From: Felis catus
Lineage: Eukaryota
DNA length: 64,000 nucleotides
NCBI RefSeq assembly: GCF_018350175.1
Contig: NC_058368.1
Location: 93,374,001-93,438,000 of the forward strand
Direction of reading: 5' to 3'
How positions within the stretch are numbered: position 1 is the first letter of the stretch; each line of letters starts with the position of its first letter. The notes under the pieces were generated by a model, which saw nothing but the letters and a program-made list of their open reading frames with translations, did no database searches and was not told the DNA's origin. Below are positions 40,063 through 52,957 of the stretch, one piece after another. Made by a program: the position numbers and the translations under genes.

Positions 40063-40788
40063 AATGAAATTTGAAAAAAAAAATTAAAAAAAAAAGAATA
40101 TCTTTACATGGTAGCATGCTATCGAGTACAATGATAGACACTTCTTTTCCAAAATTCTAATTTTGGTTGAAAGCTCAAGTTTTATCATTGGAAACAATTA
40201 CTTTCAGGGGTTTTTCTTGAGCTAGTAGGCTTACTTCTCTTATTTTCGAGAAAATGTCTGTTAGCTTCCCAGGTCTGTATAACCATAGTTCGTCCATCAT
40301 TCTTTCAAATAAAAACGGTATAGCATGAGAACAGTGGATAGTTCAAGATGCAACTCAACCACATAAGTGCTTTTCCTAGAGGCAAACTTCATATTTCAGC
40401 GTGCAGCACAAATGCTTTCTTGATTACTTCCTGTTTTGTCATACAGAAGAGTAAAAAGTCACTGACTCAAGGGTCAAGATGTAATAAAATAATTTGCACT
40501 GCCTCATCAAGAACATTCTTAAAATGGGCATTTTTACAAGTTATTTTCATGGTGGGTGTGCAATGGTAAAAAATATAATGACTACTGGTACACTTTCGTG
40601 CCACCTCCTTGATCAGTGCTAAAGCATCTTCGGTTTTACCCACGAGTGTTTTTGTGACCTGGACGCAATGTCAACACAAAGAAAAAAAAAATCATGTGTA
40701 GTATTATGAAAATAGTTTGACCATGAAGACACCCCAAAGCGTCTCGGGGACTCCCAGGGGTCCACAGACTACCATCTGGGAAATACTG
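39112..40788. mobile_element. Charlie1-like hAT DNA transposon remnant interrupted by CanSINE 39844-40097
   Basis: 'tttttggtctcagcaccccattaaactc..' at left and 'ggggtccacagactaccatctgggaaatactg' at right match Charlie1 ends. Confidence 0.8.
39844..40097 (+). mobile_element. CanSINE with (CT)n
   Basis: Canonical structure. Confidence 0.95.
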
Positions 40789-40818
40789 GACTACATCAAT
40801 CTCTTCCAAGTCCACTAC

Positions 40819-40943
40819 TTTTTTTAAGTAGGCTTCACAACCAGTGCAGAGCCCAATATGGGGCTTGAACCCAAGACCCTGAGAGCAAGACCTGGGCTGA
40901 GATCGAGTGAGATGCTTAACTGACTGAGCCACCCAGATGCCCC
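40819..40943 (-). mobile_element. Short CanSINE
   Basis: Reverse short SINE. Confidence 0.85.
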
Positions 40944-41319
40944 ACCAAGTCTACCGTTTTATGCTGTGGACATATGCTTTTTATTGGCTTCTATGTATAA
41001 TTCATGATTCTAATGGTGGTATGGATCTCACTCCCTCTCTCCTATACATACTTCTTCAAACCTAATTTACTAGAAGCCTTCTTGCTTTATTTGCTTTGAG
41101 TCAACTCAAATGAGGCAACTCATTTCCCTTTATACATAGTTTTCCTTTCTGGAAGAATGACTCCTCTCTGGACTCACTTCCATAATCTCCCTGTGATAAA
41201 TTCATTCACTCATTCATCAGTCAATGGGACGTAATGAAAGCCTACTATAGGACTGCCCCTGTTCTTGTCCAAAGATCACAGGGATAGGACACAGTGTTCT
41301 TCTTCTCAAGAAAAGCTCA

Positions 41320-41510
41320 GTGGTAGCTCAGTCCATTAAGCATCCGACTCTTGGATTCAGCTCAAGTCAGGATCTCACAGTTCGTGGGTTGAAGCCCCAC
41401 ATTGGACTCCATGCTGACATCCAGGGGCCTTCTTGGGATTCTCTCTCCCTCTCTGCCCTCTCTGTCCCTCCTCTGCTTGCTCTTTCAAAAAAAGAAAACA
41501 CTAAAAAAAA
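41320..41510 (+). mobile_element. CanSINE
   Basis: Diverged head, CT tract, A tail. Confidence 0.88.
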
Positions 41511-42089
41511 GGGGGGGGGTTCTTCATCTCCTGGCAGAAACATACATATAAACAGAGGATTACAATGGAGAGTTTCAGGACTATGTGCCCCAGAAAGAGT
41601 AAGTCCCATTAAAGAGGTAGGCAACTGGGGGTGAGAAGCTCTATACCTGATTTTACCACAAGACATTCCACAATCTTGACTATAGCCAAACAGTGTGTAT
41701 CCTGCCTAGTATCTGTGAGTAACAAGTTGAACAATATGCAGAGGGGTTTTTCAGCTCAGCACCTTGAGGAAATGAGAAAAAGAAACCATAAGAATAACAG
41801 AAACCACAATCGCTAACAGTAGTCCTCAGCCCCAGAAATATGTTACCATTACACATTGTACTCTGTTTAAATACCTTGTTTGAATGCCCTGAACCCTTTC
41901 TTCCCAGTGATTTAGATTTAACTGCCCTGGGTCAGGGCCCAGGCATTAGTCTTTTTGAAAAGATCCTACTGCATTTGTAATATGTACCCAGGGTTGAGAA
42001 CTGCTCTATAATGAGACTCATATAAAACTTTATCTGTTGAGGAAATGATAGCTGATGTCACAAACCCAGCAAAATAGGCTGCTCCTGGA

Positions 42090-42390
42090 CAGCCAGGTGT
42101 TACCCTCCAAGGGGTGACTCAGATGCAAGCACTTTGTTTGTGGTTCCACCATCTTTAATGCATGGATTTGGTTTCACCAGGAAAGGGGAAAGAGCATGGT
42201 GAGGGCACATGGGAGGTCTTAATGGCCCGGGTGTAAGGAGCACCCATCCCTTCCACCAACATTCTATTGACCACAACTCAATCACTTGATCCCTTCTAAT
42301 GGCAAAGAATGCTGGGAATTATAGTTTCGTTGGCATACTGTGAGGAAAAAGGAAGGTGGGTTGGTGAATGTCTAGCCAGTTTCTGCCACA
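42090..42390 (-). mobile_element. MLT1J/K-like LTR remnant
   Basis: 'cattctattgaccacaactcaatcac..gaatgctgggaattatagt..gtgaatgtctagccagtttctgccaca'. Confidence 0.7.
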
Positions 42391-42429
42391 GATGCTTCTA
42401 TCCAAGCAACTTCAAGAATGGAGCTGTCT

Positions 42430-42617
42430 AGGGGCATCTGGCTGGCTCAGTTAAGTGTCCACCTTCGGCTCAGGTCATGATCTCACAGCCTGTGAGTTTG
42501 AGCTCCATGTCGGGCTCTGTGCTGATAGCTCAGAGCTTGCAGCCTGCTTCAGATTCTGTGTCTCCCCCTCTCTCTCTACCCCTCCCCTGCTCGCTCTCTC
42601 TCTTAAAAAAAAAAAAG
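42430..42617 (+). mobile_element. CanSINE
   Basis: TSD aagaat(g/a)gagctgtct. Confidence 0.92.
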
Positions 42618-42689
42618 AATAGAGCTGTCTTCACATATTCATTGCAAGGAATAAATATAAACTAGAGTGTAGGGAGCCTCTAGCTTTGA

Positions 42690-43230
42690 AAAGACCAAAA
42701 GACATAAAAACCAATCAGAGTGGATGCATCTTATTTAGATCTGGCCTTAAAAAAATATATATGACATTTATGAGACAATTAAAAGTTTGAATGCTGGTAT
42801 ATTTGATACGCCCATATTGAAATATTCACAGATAAACTACAATATCTGGGCTGTGCTTCAAAAATAGTAAGAGGGAAGGTACGCCTTGGTGGCTCAGTTG
42901 GTTAAGCGTCTGACTCTTGATTTCGGTTCAGGTCATGATCTCACAGTTTGTGGGTTCAAGCACTGTCTTGGGCTCTGTGCTGACAGTGCAGAGCCTGCTT
43001 GGGTTTCTCTCTCTCCCTCTCTGCCTCTCTTCCCATCCCCCACTCATGCTCACACTCATTCACTCACTCTCTCTCTCTAAAATAAATAAAACATTTAAAA
43101 ATATACAAGGACAACAGAGGATACAGATGAAACAAAATTGGCCATGAGTTGATCATTACTGAAATTGAACTATGAGTATAGTAGTGTGTCTATATTTATG
43201 GATCACTGAAAATTTCCATAAGTCTATGTA
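42690..43230 (+). mobile_element. L1MC-like 3' remnant split by CanSINE 42880-43100
   Basis: 'gacatttatgagacaatt', 'aaaattggccatgagttgatcattactgaa'. Confidence 0.7.
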
Positions 43231-44009
43231 GAAAAGAATACAGTTGCAATTCACGTTGCAGGGTTCAGCCCCTCCTCCCTGTAGAATTGCTGCTAGGCCT
43301 GCCCCCCTGACCTAAGGGAACAGTCTTCGTGCTGCTCTGTCTGCCTCTCTTCTGAGAAGCGCAACTTTTCTAGAGAAATCTCTATTATTTCCTATCCTTT
43401 GAAGTGATGTCTTGGTCTCTGTTTCTCTTTTCCCAGTACAGAGTCATTGAATCTCTGATTCCTGCTGGAAGTTTTGCCTATTCAACACTGTTTGCAAATG
43501 CACGCTCTGCCAGGGACACTGCAGCTCCCTGTTTCTTTCCTCGGAGCCCTCCCCACGCACGAGCAGAGACAGACAAGCATCCTTCAGTGAAGGATGTCCA
43601 CCCAAAGTCCCTCTTAGTAAAAAGAATCATTTCCTGCTTGAAAAAAATAGAAACAAAAAAAAAAAAAACAAATACATCTCAGTATTTCCTTCCTATTTTG
43701 CATAAACACACCTCGAGAAGCAGAGCCTGAGGGAAAGAATGTGCATCGTTCTGTAGTTAAAGTTGGAGAAAAAATGATCAAGCTTTCTGTGGGCAGTAAT
43801 GAAATTCGAGGCCTGTTTTTCCTTCTTCTTGAAAATCGCATCATTAGTCAATACAGTCTTCTGTCCACCTGGTCCTGTGGGTTTTCCTAATTTCCAGGAT
43901 GCACCTTTGACAACTCTTCCTTTGGGGATCCTTCTTCAAAAAGTCTCCGACTGCCAAAGGACATTCACATCTACGACAGTGAATGGATCCATCCGCCATA
44001 TCCTCCTCT

Positions 44010-44330
44010 ATTTACAGAAAGACTCAAAACCATTCGTATCCATTTACTCTGCATGACCAGATTCTCCCCGAAACCCCAGCTCTCTTCTCTATCCCAAGAT
44101 CTTTCTGTCCTCCACATCTTCACAACCACACCCTTCTGGTCCTGGTTATTTCTTGTTTCTCTTGCAAGAGGCTTCTATTTAGACACCTACCCTCATGGTG
44201 CCCTTTCCTTAATTCCCTGAGGTTTGGGTTTGAAATCATAAAAGTGCTTCATTGGCTTTTACTTTTCCCCACACTCTCCAAACTCTGAATGTGATTCTTC
44301 TGGATCCCTTCAACCGAATCATACCTCTCC
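44010..44330 (+). mobile_element. L2 remnant
   Basis: Degenerate C/T-rich L2-like sequence ('ccagattctccccgaaaccccagctc'). Confidence 0.45.
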
Positions 44331-44711
44331 TACTTTCCCCCAGAGGAACAAGTTCTACAATCTCTGTTTCTCTAGTTCACCAAGTCCTGGGTTCTGGAGC
44401 CGTTTCTCCAGTTGTGGCAACTGGACAAGAAGAAGGGTGGATTGCCTCTGTGAAGTGCAGACATTTAGTTATTCCCCTACCTTGGAGTGAAGATGTACAA
44501 GCAACCTTCAGCCTTACCTCATGGTGCTATGAGGTGTTGTAAGGAAAATATGGTGTGTTTCCTTAGAGTAGTGATAAAGGGGAAACAGTGCCACCTACAG
44601 ACAGTGGCAGAAACAATTAACTGAAAATCTTCAGGAAGATGACCAATCTTAGAAGATAATAGTTAGGGTGTCTCAGAACTCCTCTGCAATCTCCACTGCA
44701 GAATCCATGAT

Positions 44712-45060
44712 TATTTTTATTTATTTATTTTTTAGTAATCTCTACACCCAATGTGGGGCTCTAACTCATAATGCCAAGATCAAGAGTCACATGCTCTTCT
44801 GACTAAGCCAGCCAGGCACCCCTCCCTCATGCCCTCTGTGTTATATTTTAATGTTTTTGCTTTTTTAATTTTTATTTATTTATATTGAGAGGGAGAATAC
44901 ACAAGTGGGAGAGGGGGAGAAAAGGAGAGAGAACCCCAAGTAGGCTCTGCACTGTCAGCGCAGAGCCCAACTCAGGGCTCAAACTCACGAACCTTGAGAT
45001 CATGACCTGAAGTGAAATCAAGAGTCAGACAATGAACCAACTGAGCCTCCCAGGTGCCCC
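44712..45060 (-). mobile_element. Two adjacent minus-strand CanSINEs (short 44712-44822; long 44845-45060)
   Basis: Two reverse heads 'ccaggcacccc' and 'ccaggtgcccc'. Confidence 0.9.
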
Positions 45061-45649
45061 CATCTGTGATTATTTTTAAATGAATCACTGTCTACCATTA
45101 TTACTTCTTCTCCAGACTTCTCACACAGAATTATCAGGAAGGGCACATCCTTTGGAGGTGGACAGGAGATAACACAGCATACACAAGAGAGCAAGAGAAA
45201 AGTCTGTGTGACCCCCGTATTGTGAAACTCGGTTCCACTGCTATCTCATCCTCTAGCAAGTTGTGTGTGATCCTCTAATCCTCAGAAACGGTTTCTGGTA
45301 AAAAGACAATCCATGAGCTCCCTTATGACATCCAGACACCATAGTTTTGGATGCCTATGTGAGTGATCTTGCATGTTTGTATCATATGTATACACACACC
45401 TACCCCCCCATACACACACACACACACACACACCAAAAAAAGGATGTATTTCCTTCCTCATTTGTTTACCATCTTTCCCTCTCTGGTGAATCTGCAAAAC
45501 ATCCATCAATGTCAGTCCCTAGAGAAACAGATTAACCTGAGCTCAAAAAAAACCCAAGAAATTGAGCACGCTTTTAGTAAAGTTAAGCATCCAACATGAG
45601 AAAACAATCTCAGTTCCTATGGTATTTTCTTCTGTGGCGTCTAGTTAGG

Positions 45650-45890
45650 AATTGAAAGCACCAGTTCTGAAACCACTGCCAAGGTTTAAAGTTCAACCAT
45701 GCCATTTACTATCTCTATGACTTTAGACAAGTGTTTGGCCTACTCATAGCACAGATTCCCCACTTGTAAAATAAGAAGAGTAAGAGAACCTAACTTAATA
45801 TGGTTACAGTGCAGATTAAATGAAATAGTAGGTGTGAAGTTCTTTGAACAGTACTTGCCATAGGGTGATAGGCTGAGTGAATGTCCAATA
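45650..45890 (+). mobile_element. MIR
   Basis: 'tatgactttagacaagtg..ttccccacttgtaaaata..agattaaatgaaatagta'. Confidence 0.75.
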
Positions 45891-45893
45891 TGC

Positions 45894-46102
45894 TTTTTTA
45901 AAATTTATTTACTTTGAGAGAGAGAGAGAGAGAGAGAGAGACAGAAAGGGGGGAGGGGTAGAGAGAGGAAGAGAGAGAATCCCAAGCAGCCTCCACACTG
46001 CCAGTGCAAAGCCCCACGTGAGGCTTCAACTCACGAACCACGAGATCATGACCTGAGCCAAAATCAAGAGTTGGATGCTTAACCAACTGAGCCACCCAGG
46101 CA
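45894..46102 (-). mobile_element. CanSINE
   Basis: Reverse SINE. Confidence 0.92.
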
Positions 46103-46825
46103 CAGTCTTCTCACTACAAAAATTAAACAGAAAATTCCAGGGTCCAGGAAAGTTTATAATATACCTCTTTCTTGTCAAAGCTTTTCTTTTAAGCCTGAAT
46201 GGAATCATATCTTTTTAAAGGAGATGAAATCTCTGCAAATTGAAACCATATATTCAACTAGGACAGCTTTGTGGAAGATGACCCACATGTAAGTAATCAA
46301 TTTGTTTCCTCGTACATGTCTGGAGAAAACTATAGACAAGATTTCTCAAAATGGCGGTCTCAGAATTTCCCCTTTCCCCACATACACAGACTCTTACTTC
46401 CCCCACCCAGCATAACGCCCCATTCCTGTCCTTCATGATGCAATAAATGGCAGTACTCCTGTGCTCAAGCCAGAGCCCAGAACTCAACCTTTATTCTTTC
46501 CTTTGCCCTGTCTTCCACATCTAATAATTCATCAACTACAGTCATTTCAACTTCTAGAATATATCTGTGCTCTGTCCACCTCTCTCCATCTCCATAGTGT
46601 AATCTAAGCTCCTATCATCAATGTGAACACTCCTACTGCCTCTGCCTAGTCTCTCAACCTCTCTTGTTCTCCTACAATCCAATCAACCTAGTAGTCATGA
46701 ATCATCAGAAAATGCAAATCAGATCATCAGGTGCTTTATGTATGCCATCGTCTAGAATTTTCACAACAGTATAAAGTGCCAGCATTTTGATCACTGTTTC
46801 TTGTCCATCCCTGCTCTGATCCCAT

Positions 46826-47048
46826 TTCTTTTATTTTTTTTAATATTTATTTTTGAGAGAGAAAGAGAGTACAAGCAGTGGGGCGATGGGGGGAGGGTGC
46901 TGGACAGAGAGAGAGGAAGACACAGAATCTGAAGCAGGCTCCAGGGTCTGGGCTGTCAGCACAGAGCCTGATGCGGGGCTTGAACTTGTGAACTGTGAGA
47001 TCATGACCTGAGCTGAAGTCATGCACTTAACCAACTGAGCCACCCACA
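46826..47048 (-). mobile_element. CanSINE
   Basis: Reverse SINE; TSD tgatcc(c/t)atttct. Confidence 0.93.
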
Positions 47049-49239
47049 CATCCTTGATCCTATTTCTGATGAGGCATCCATTTTCTCCACATTCTGATCT
47101 TGAAGTCACATATGTTCCTTCAACTCCTTTCTTGGCTCAAGGATCTTATCAGCCTACATGTGCTGGGGGAGTGGGATGAGGTTGAGTGTTGGATTAGCCA
47201 AAGTTAGTTTGCTACTTTCTGAACCACTACCTGAAAGACATCAGAGAATTAGCAACAGGAGACCAAGGGGAAGCATGGCTATGTTTCCTTCCCTAAACAA
47301 TTCTTAATCAGAGTTCCTAGCGCAGTGCCTGGCATTGTAGGTCTTCAATAAACATGAGCTAGATTCATACATGAACTAATGAATGATTGAACAAATGATT
47401 GAAAAAAGCCCCACCTGCTGGATGTCCTACTTAGAGGCAGAGAAATAGACGGCTCATCTCTGTGAGTCTATAGATCCACATTAGCACTAGCCATAAAAAA
47501 AAAAATAGGTTGGAAATACTGAATGTCCCCAAGCAGATCAGAAGCCATGTAGCAGGCTCGAGTCTTCCAACAGTGTCACCAGTGACAAATGTCTTCCCCA
47601 AATTATGCAGACCCCCAAGAGCTGAGCTATCATGAAACCTTCCCATAGCTACGGATCCTATCTCTGAACCTAAGTCTCAATGTAAGAAGTAGCCTATTCC
47701 TAAACCAACAAAACAAAAACCCACTTCTTCTGGAGAACTGGAAGCATCACAGAAGAAAATCGCAGTAATAATAACTTATTTCATACAGAGTAATTAATAG
47801 TCTCAAAGCATTATACACATGGCAAAATGCCCATCTCAAAGGGAGAAGAGCATATGGTAACACTAAACACATTCATAACAAAGCAGCGAAGAATAAACAC
47901 AAGCCTTTGGTTCCTAACACCTGTATATTTGGACTGCCCCTATGGTAGTCTAATTTTAATTTGGGACAGGTTTTATAAGATTGGCCCTTCTCTAAGCAAG
48001 GTCGAGCTCTGCCAATGCTGTTGTTAGGACACAAGTTTTCCCCCTCTTGCTTCCTTCTTCTCTCCCTCCCTCCCTCCTATCCTACCCATAGTTAGAATGT
48101 GTCCAATAAACTCAGTGTTCAATGAACTGAGTATATATCCAGTAACTGATATTGACCTACATAAAGTGGCATTTTGTAAATGATAGAAACAAATGCCAAA
48201 GGAATATATTAGGGAATGTACTACCCTACTAGTTATGAAAGAAACAAAAATTTTGAAATAACAGGTACCACTTTCCATCTGTCAAGATTGCAAAATGCAT
48301 CTAAGTAACAGTAATACCAAATGCTGCCAATATGGTAGAGGAATTGCACTCACATGTAAGAATATGTCTGACGAACTGTTTCAAGAGCTATGAAAATATT
48401 AATGCCCTTTGACCCAATTATCTCACTCACTCCTGGGAGTATCCTGGGATTGAATAAAGCAAAAGCAGGTATTATATACACAAAATTTTTTTTTAAATCA
48501 CCACTGAGGAACGGTTAAAAGGAGCATGATAGATCAATCCAATGGACTTTGTCATAGCCATTAAAAGTTTGAAAGTATTTTTACATCACTGTCAATAAGA
48601 AAGAAGTCAAAATAGTAAACTGCCCGAAGAAAACCTAGCTGTATAAGGACCATCTATGCCCAAGTGTCATAACTGCAGGACACTTAGCCATAATTAGAGG
48701 GCTTGGGGTCAATGCACTAAGGGAAGAATCTGTCAGAGCAGAGGAAAATATTCTCTCCCAGTAGCACTAGCAGCCACGGTTCTCTGATGAGAGAGAACTG
48801 GATTAAGGACAATTAAGGACATTTGGGAAGCAAACTCCACTCAGTGACACTAGCACCTATTTTTATTTTTGTTCTGTAAAAGGGCATTGCAAAGAAGTGA
48901 CCAAAATTAGGTAGAGAACAAACATTTGCATGGAAAAACAATTTAAATGAAATAAGGGTCAAAGACAGCTTCAAATACCTCCCAAAATAGCAGACTATAA
49001 AAGAAGTCTTTTATGTTTCTCCCCCATTTCTGGGATGAGAAAAACTCAAACAGAAAGTGAGGGGGAGAACCCAAGAGAGCAGGGGAAAGGAGGTGGAGGG
49101 GTGGGCTCGGACGGGCGCAGGGGACCAAATGGCATCAACACAAGTAACCATATTCTGCAAGGGCTTTTTCTCATTCTGAAGCGTCATGTGATTTTCTGCT
49201 TAAGAATCAGGCCTTTTCAGTTCTCAAAGAAGTGTGTTG

Positions 49240-49374
49240 CTTTTTGTTTTTTTAGGTAGGCTTCATGCCCAGCAGGGAGCCCAACACAGGCTTGAACTCA
49301 CAACGCTGAGATCAAGACCTGAGTTGAGATCAAGAGACAGATGCTTAACCAACTGTGCCATCCAGGTGCCCCCA
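49240..49374 (-). mobile_element. Short CanSINE
   Basis: Reverse short SINE. Confidence 0.85.
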
Positions 49375-49716
49375 GGAGTGTGCCGTTTGATGGTGTCTTT
49401 TGCAAGGCAACGTCCTAAAAATTCACCAAATTGTTCATCAAATGTAATGGCAAACCTGTCAAGGGGGCTTTCTGTGAGGCTGCATTTTATTCCAGTAATT
49501 AAAAAGATGTGTGCTGGATTCTCCTTTTTCTATTTGACTGAATGGATTCCCTTCTTCTAAGCTTTTTAGTACAGGAAATAAATCACGAATCAGCATGGGC
49601 AATTATCTCCGAAGGTGCAGGGAAAACAACATTCTGCTGCTTTGCCCTCAATGGTTTTTATGCCATCAGTGTTTGGCAGTACTTTTGCAAATGAATTCAA
49701 GAAGTAGCCACTTACA

Positions 49717-49908
49717 TTTTTTTCATTGTATTTATTTATTTATTTTCTTTGAGAGACAGTGAGCAACCAGGGAAGGGGCAGAGAGACAATCTCCAAGTAG
49801 GCTCCATGCTGTCAGCACAGAGCCTGATGCGGGACTCAAACTCACAAACGGCGAGATCGTGACCTGAGACAAAATCAAGTTGCTTAACCAACTGAGCCAC
49901 CCAGGTGC
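49717..49908 (-). mobile_element. CanSINE
   Basis: Reverse SINE; TSD ending gccactta. Confidence 0.9.
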
Positions 49909-49941
49909 TCTGAAACGTTGCCACTTAGAGGTGATTCCTCA

Positions 49942-50128
49942 GGCCGTCTGGGTGGCTCAACTGCACTTGATCTTAGCCAAAAGGCCGAGAAGCGATGGGT
50001 GGCTCAGTTGACTAAGCATCCGACTTTGGCTCACGATTCGTGAGTTCAAGCCCCACGACAGTCTCTATGCTGTCAGCTCAGAGCCCGGAGCCTGCTCCAG
50101 ATTCTCTGTCTCCCTCCCTCCCAATCTC

Positions 50129-50185
<57 letters not shown>

Positions 50186-50249
50186 CTCCGCCCTCCCCCT
50201 CCCCCACTTGCACTCTCTTAAAAATAAATAAAACATGAAAAATAAATAA
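49942..50249 (+). mobile_element. CanSINE hosting a U2 fragment
   Basis: TSD aggtgattcctca (49929-49941, 50250-50262); head interrupted at the A-box. Confidence 0.92.
49960..49996 (-). pseudogene. RNU2: U2 snRNA 5' fragment (nt 1-37), tailless retropseudogene
   Basis: Reverse complement ATCGCTTCTCGGCCTTTTGGCTAAGATCAAGTGCAGT = U2 nt 1-37 with one mismatch; flanked by direct repeat gggtggctca. Confidence 0.95.
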
Positions 50250-50899
50250 AGGTGATTCCTCACTGCAGCCTTTGGCTCCTTCAATCACAGTCATTCTTTA
50301 ACAGGGTTTTTCCCCCTTGTTCTGTCAGGTTCATGCACCTTTCTCATCAGTGAATAGCCACGAAAAAAAAGAATTCACGCAAACGTAATTGCGCCTGGGA
50401 CTTTTAGTCTTCCTGGAACAAAGTGGGACTGGGGGTCAGAAAGACAGGGGCCTCTAGTAAGGAGTCACGTCTATAAATGAACCTGGTGTGAAGGACATGG
50501 GATTCCATTTACAGAAACAACAATAACAACAAGGGAGAGGCTGTAGACTCTCGCACAGGGATTAACTAAAATACCAGCAGCACCCACTGTGCACAAGAGC
50601 GGTGTTCTTGTGAATTGTCCTATTTCAGAAGACTGGGTGTCGCCCATCATATGACCAAATGTATGCCTAAGTTACAGCATCTACATTCATGTACACTGCA
50701 AAATAAGCTGTCAGCGGAAGGACTCACTGGTAGAAATCCTTAGGCTCGTGCTTCACACAGTATGTTTTGCTGAAAACTAAAACCTTAGAGAAGCATGGCC
50801 ACGTTCAGCGCTCAGGTGCATCGGCCCCGGGCCTGGCGGTCACACAGAGGCTGGGTTGCTTTCCGTAAGTGCATTAACACAGCACTCCTGGGGTGTGGC

Positions 50900-51070
50900 T
50901 GGCAATCAGGCCTTCTGCCCCTGCACCTCCCAGGGGCTAATGAGAAGTGGGAATTCTCCAGGTACATCCTGACCTCCTGGATCAGAATCTCCAAGGCCAG
51001 GGCCCCGGCATTTGAGAATTAACAACCCCTCCAGGTTCTCGTTAAGAGCTGATGTTTGAGAAACACCAGC
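50900..51070. mobile_element. MER5-like MITE
   Basis: 'atcagaatctcc...ttaacaacccctccaggttctc...gtttgagaaacacc'. Confidence 0.7.
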
Positions 51071-52451
51071 TAGCAACACATTATTCACCAACACAACTCC
51101 ACTCTTGAAAAATTGGAATTACGTCCAATTTGGCAAAACATCTAACTCTGCTCACCTACCCCGAGGTTCCTCCTTAGAGCTGATGCACCCACAGCTTTCA
51201 AAGTCACCCCAGCTCTGCCCCGTGGCTACAGAAGGGCCACAGTTTGCCTAGATTTTGGAAGCAAATGCCTAAGCAGGAGAATAGCAGAAGGGTTCTTGCA
51301 GAGGGTGACCCTAACTCTCCATCACTTTCTCCCCACCGTCCTTCGAGGGAAGAGAGGCTCCAGGCACATGGTTACTCACCTCAGTGTGGATTCTGCAAGG
51401 TGAGCTGTGCAGGAGGGTGGAGAGAGGTTGTCTGAGCTCCCGCACTAGGGCCATGGCCTGGGGCTGGGGGTACCCAGCTCCATGGGCCTGAAGTCAGCAG
51501 GCAGCAACCTCAACCCAGCTTCTCCCCAGTTCTATCTCCTCCCCCATCAAACGAGCAGGCTGTGCTTCAAGACCTCCAGGGTCTTTTCCAGACCTCACAT
51601 GCTGTCACTGAGCCTTGGCCAAGCCACACCATGGACCTCAGCCTCTTCCCCCAGAGAACAGCAAGTGGACGTTTGAGGTGGCAAGAGCGTGGGCATCCAC
51701 GCCAAGCTGATGTGGGTTCGGCTCACCCCTACACCACCTACAAGCCATGACAAGTGGGGAAAAATCATTTCGTTTCTCCGGGCATTGTTAAGTCACCTAC
51801 ACATAGGGGTCAGGGACCTGCCTTGTGGGGCCACTGGGCAGATACAGCGAAACCATTTAGGTCATCTCCCCAGATCGGGTCTGGCAGTTGGTGGCCAAAG
51901 AATAAACACTAGTGTCAATCTTTTCTACCTGTCTCTGGTGCAGGAATCACGAGAGGTGCACACAAAAATGTAGTGTGAACGTGGTGGGAAGTCCCTACCA
52001 TAGACAAATGACTAAACAACCCCTTCGGATTTCTCCATCCCACCCCATCCTACGAACCCAGACCCCTCAATTGCTCTTAGACACGATGCCTTAATTGCAA
52101 CCTGTGTTTATTCTTGCTTTTACATCAGCACACATTGTAACTAAATAGACTGTGCTTCCCAGCAGGCTAAAGTACCTTCCCCTGGTTTAAAAGAAAAAAA
52201 CAGAGACACTGATTGATCTCTGTGTAAGCTGCCAAGACTGGCCCAAATATCCAGGTGGTATGAATTAAAGCAATATTGCACGTGTTGATCTAATGACAAA
52301 AGAAGTGGAAAAAATCCCCTTTGTGTGGGGTGTGGGGACCGCTTTCAAGGAAAATGTATGGAAATGGTGAATAATCTTTCTGCTCCGTTAGGAAGAAGAT
52401 GGTTCAGTGTGTCCTAGGGGGCCGCAGTCCCTGTAGGGTCCTGACAGTTGG

Positions 52452-52640
52452 TTTTTTTTTTTTTTAAATCTATTTATTGGGAGAGAGAGAGAGAGCAAGC
52501 ACGAGTGGGGGAGGGGCAGCCAGAGAGACTCTCAAGCAGGCTCCATGCTGTCAGCGCAAAGCCTGACCCAAGGCTCAGGCTCACGAACCATGAGGTAATG
52601 ATCTGAGCCCAAACCAAGAGTCAGATGCTTAATTGACCTT
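52452..52640 (-). mobile_element. CanSINE
   Basis: Reverse SINE. Confidence 0.88.
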
Positions 52641-52957
52641 GCCACAGTCTTTATTAAGTGCTTATTAAGTGTTTTTTGAGATTGCTGACTTCCTAGCACT
52701 TTGCCATGACTTCTGACTGATGCCGCAGGCAAGGAAGGTGACCTCTTCTAGGCAGTGCACCAGACACGGTGGTTCTTCCCAGATAAGAAAAAATGAAGAT
52801 ATTCGGATTTTATTTATTCTGGGCTAAAATCAATGTAAACAGAAAACAGCAGTCCTATTTCGGGTCAAAGCTACATAGACTGCTAGGGTGCAGACACAGC
52901 TAAGCGGCTGGCCCTCTGAGAAACCCCTGGGGAGGTTATGTCAGCTAAGGGAGCTAT

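Noticed and set aside
49960..49996. Functional U2 gene or target of a U2-specific retrotransposon
   Set aside because: Only 37 nt, with no Sm site, PSE or 3' box, and no adjacent retrotransposon ORF.
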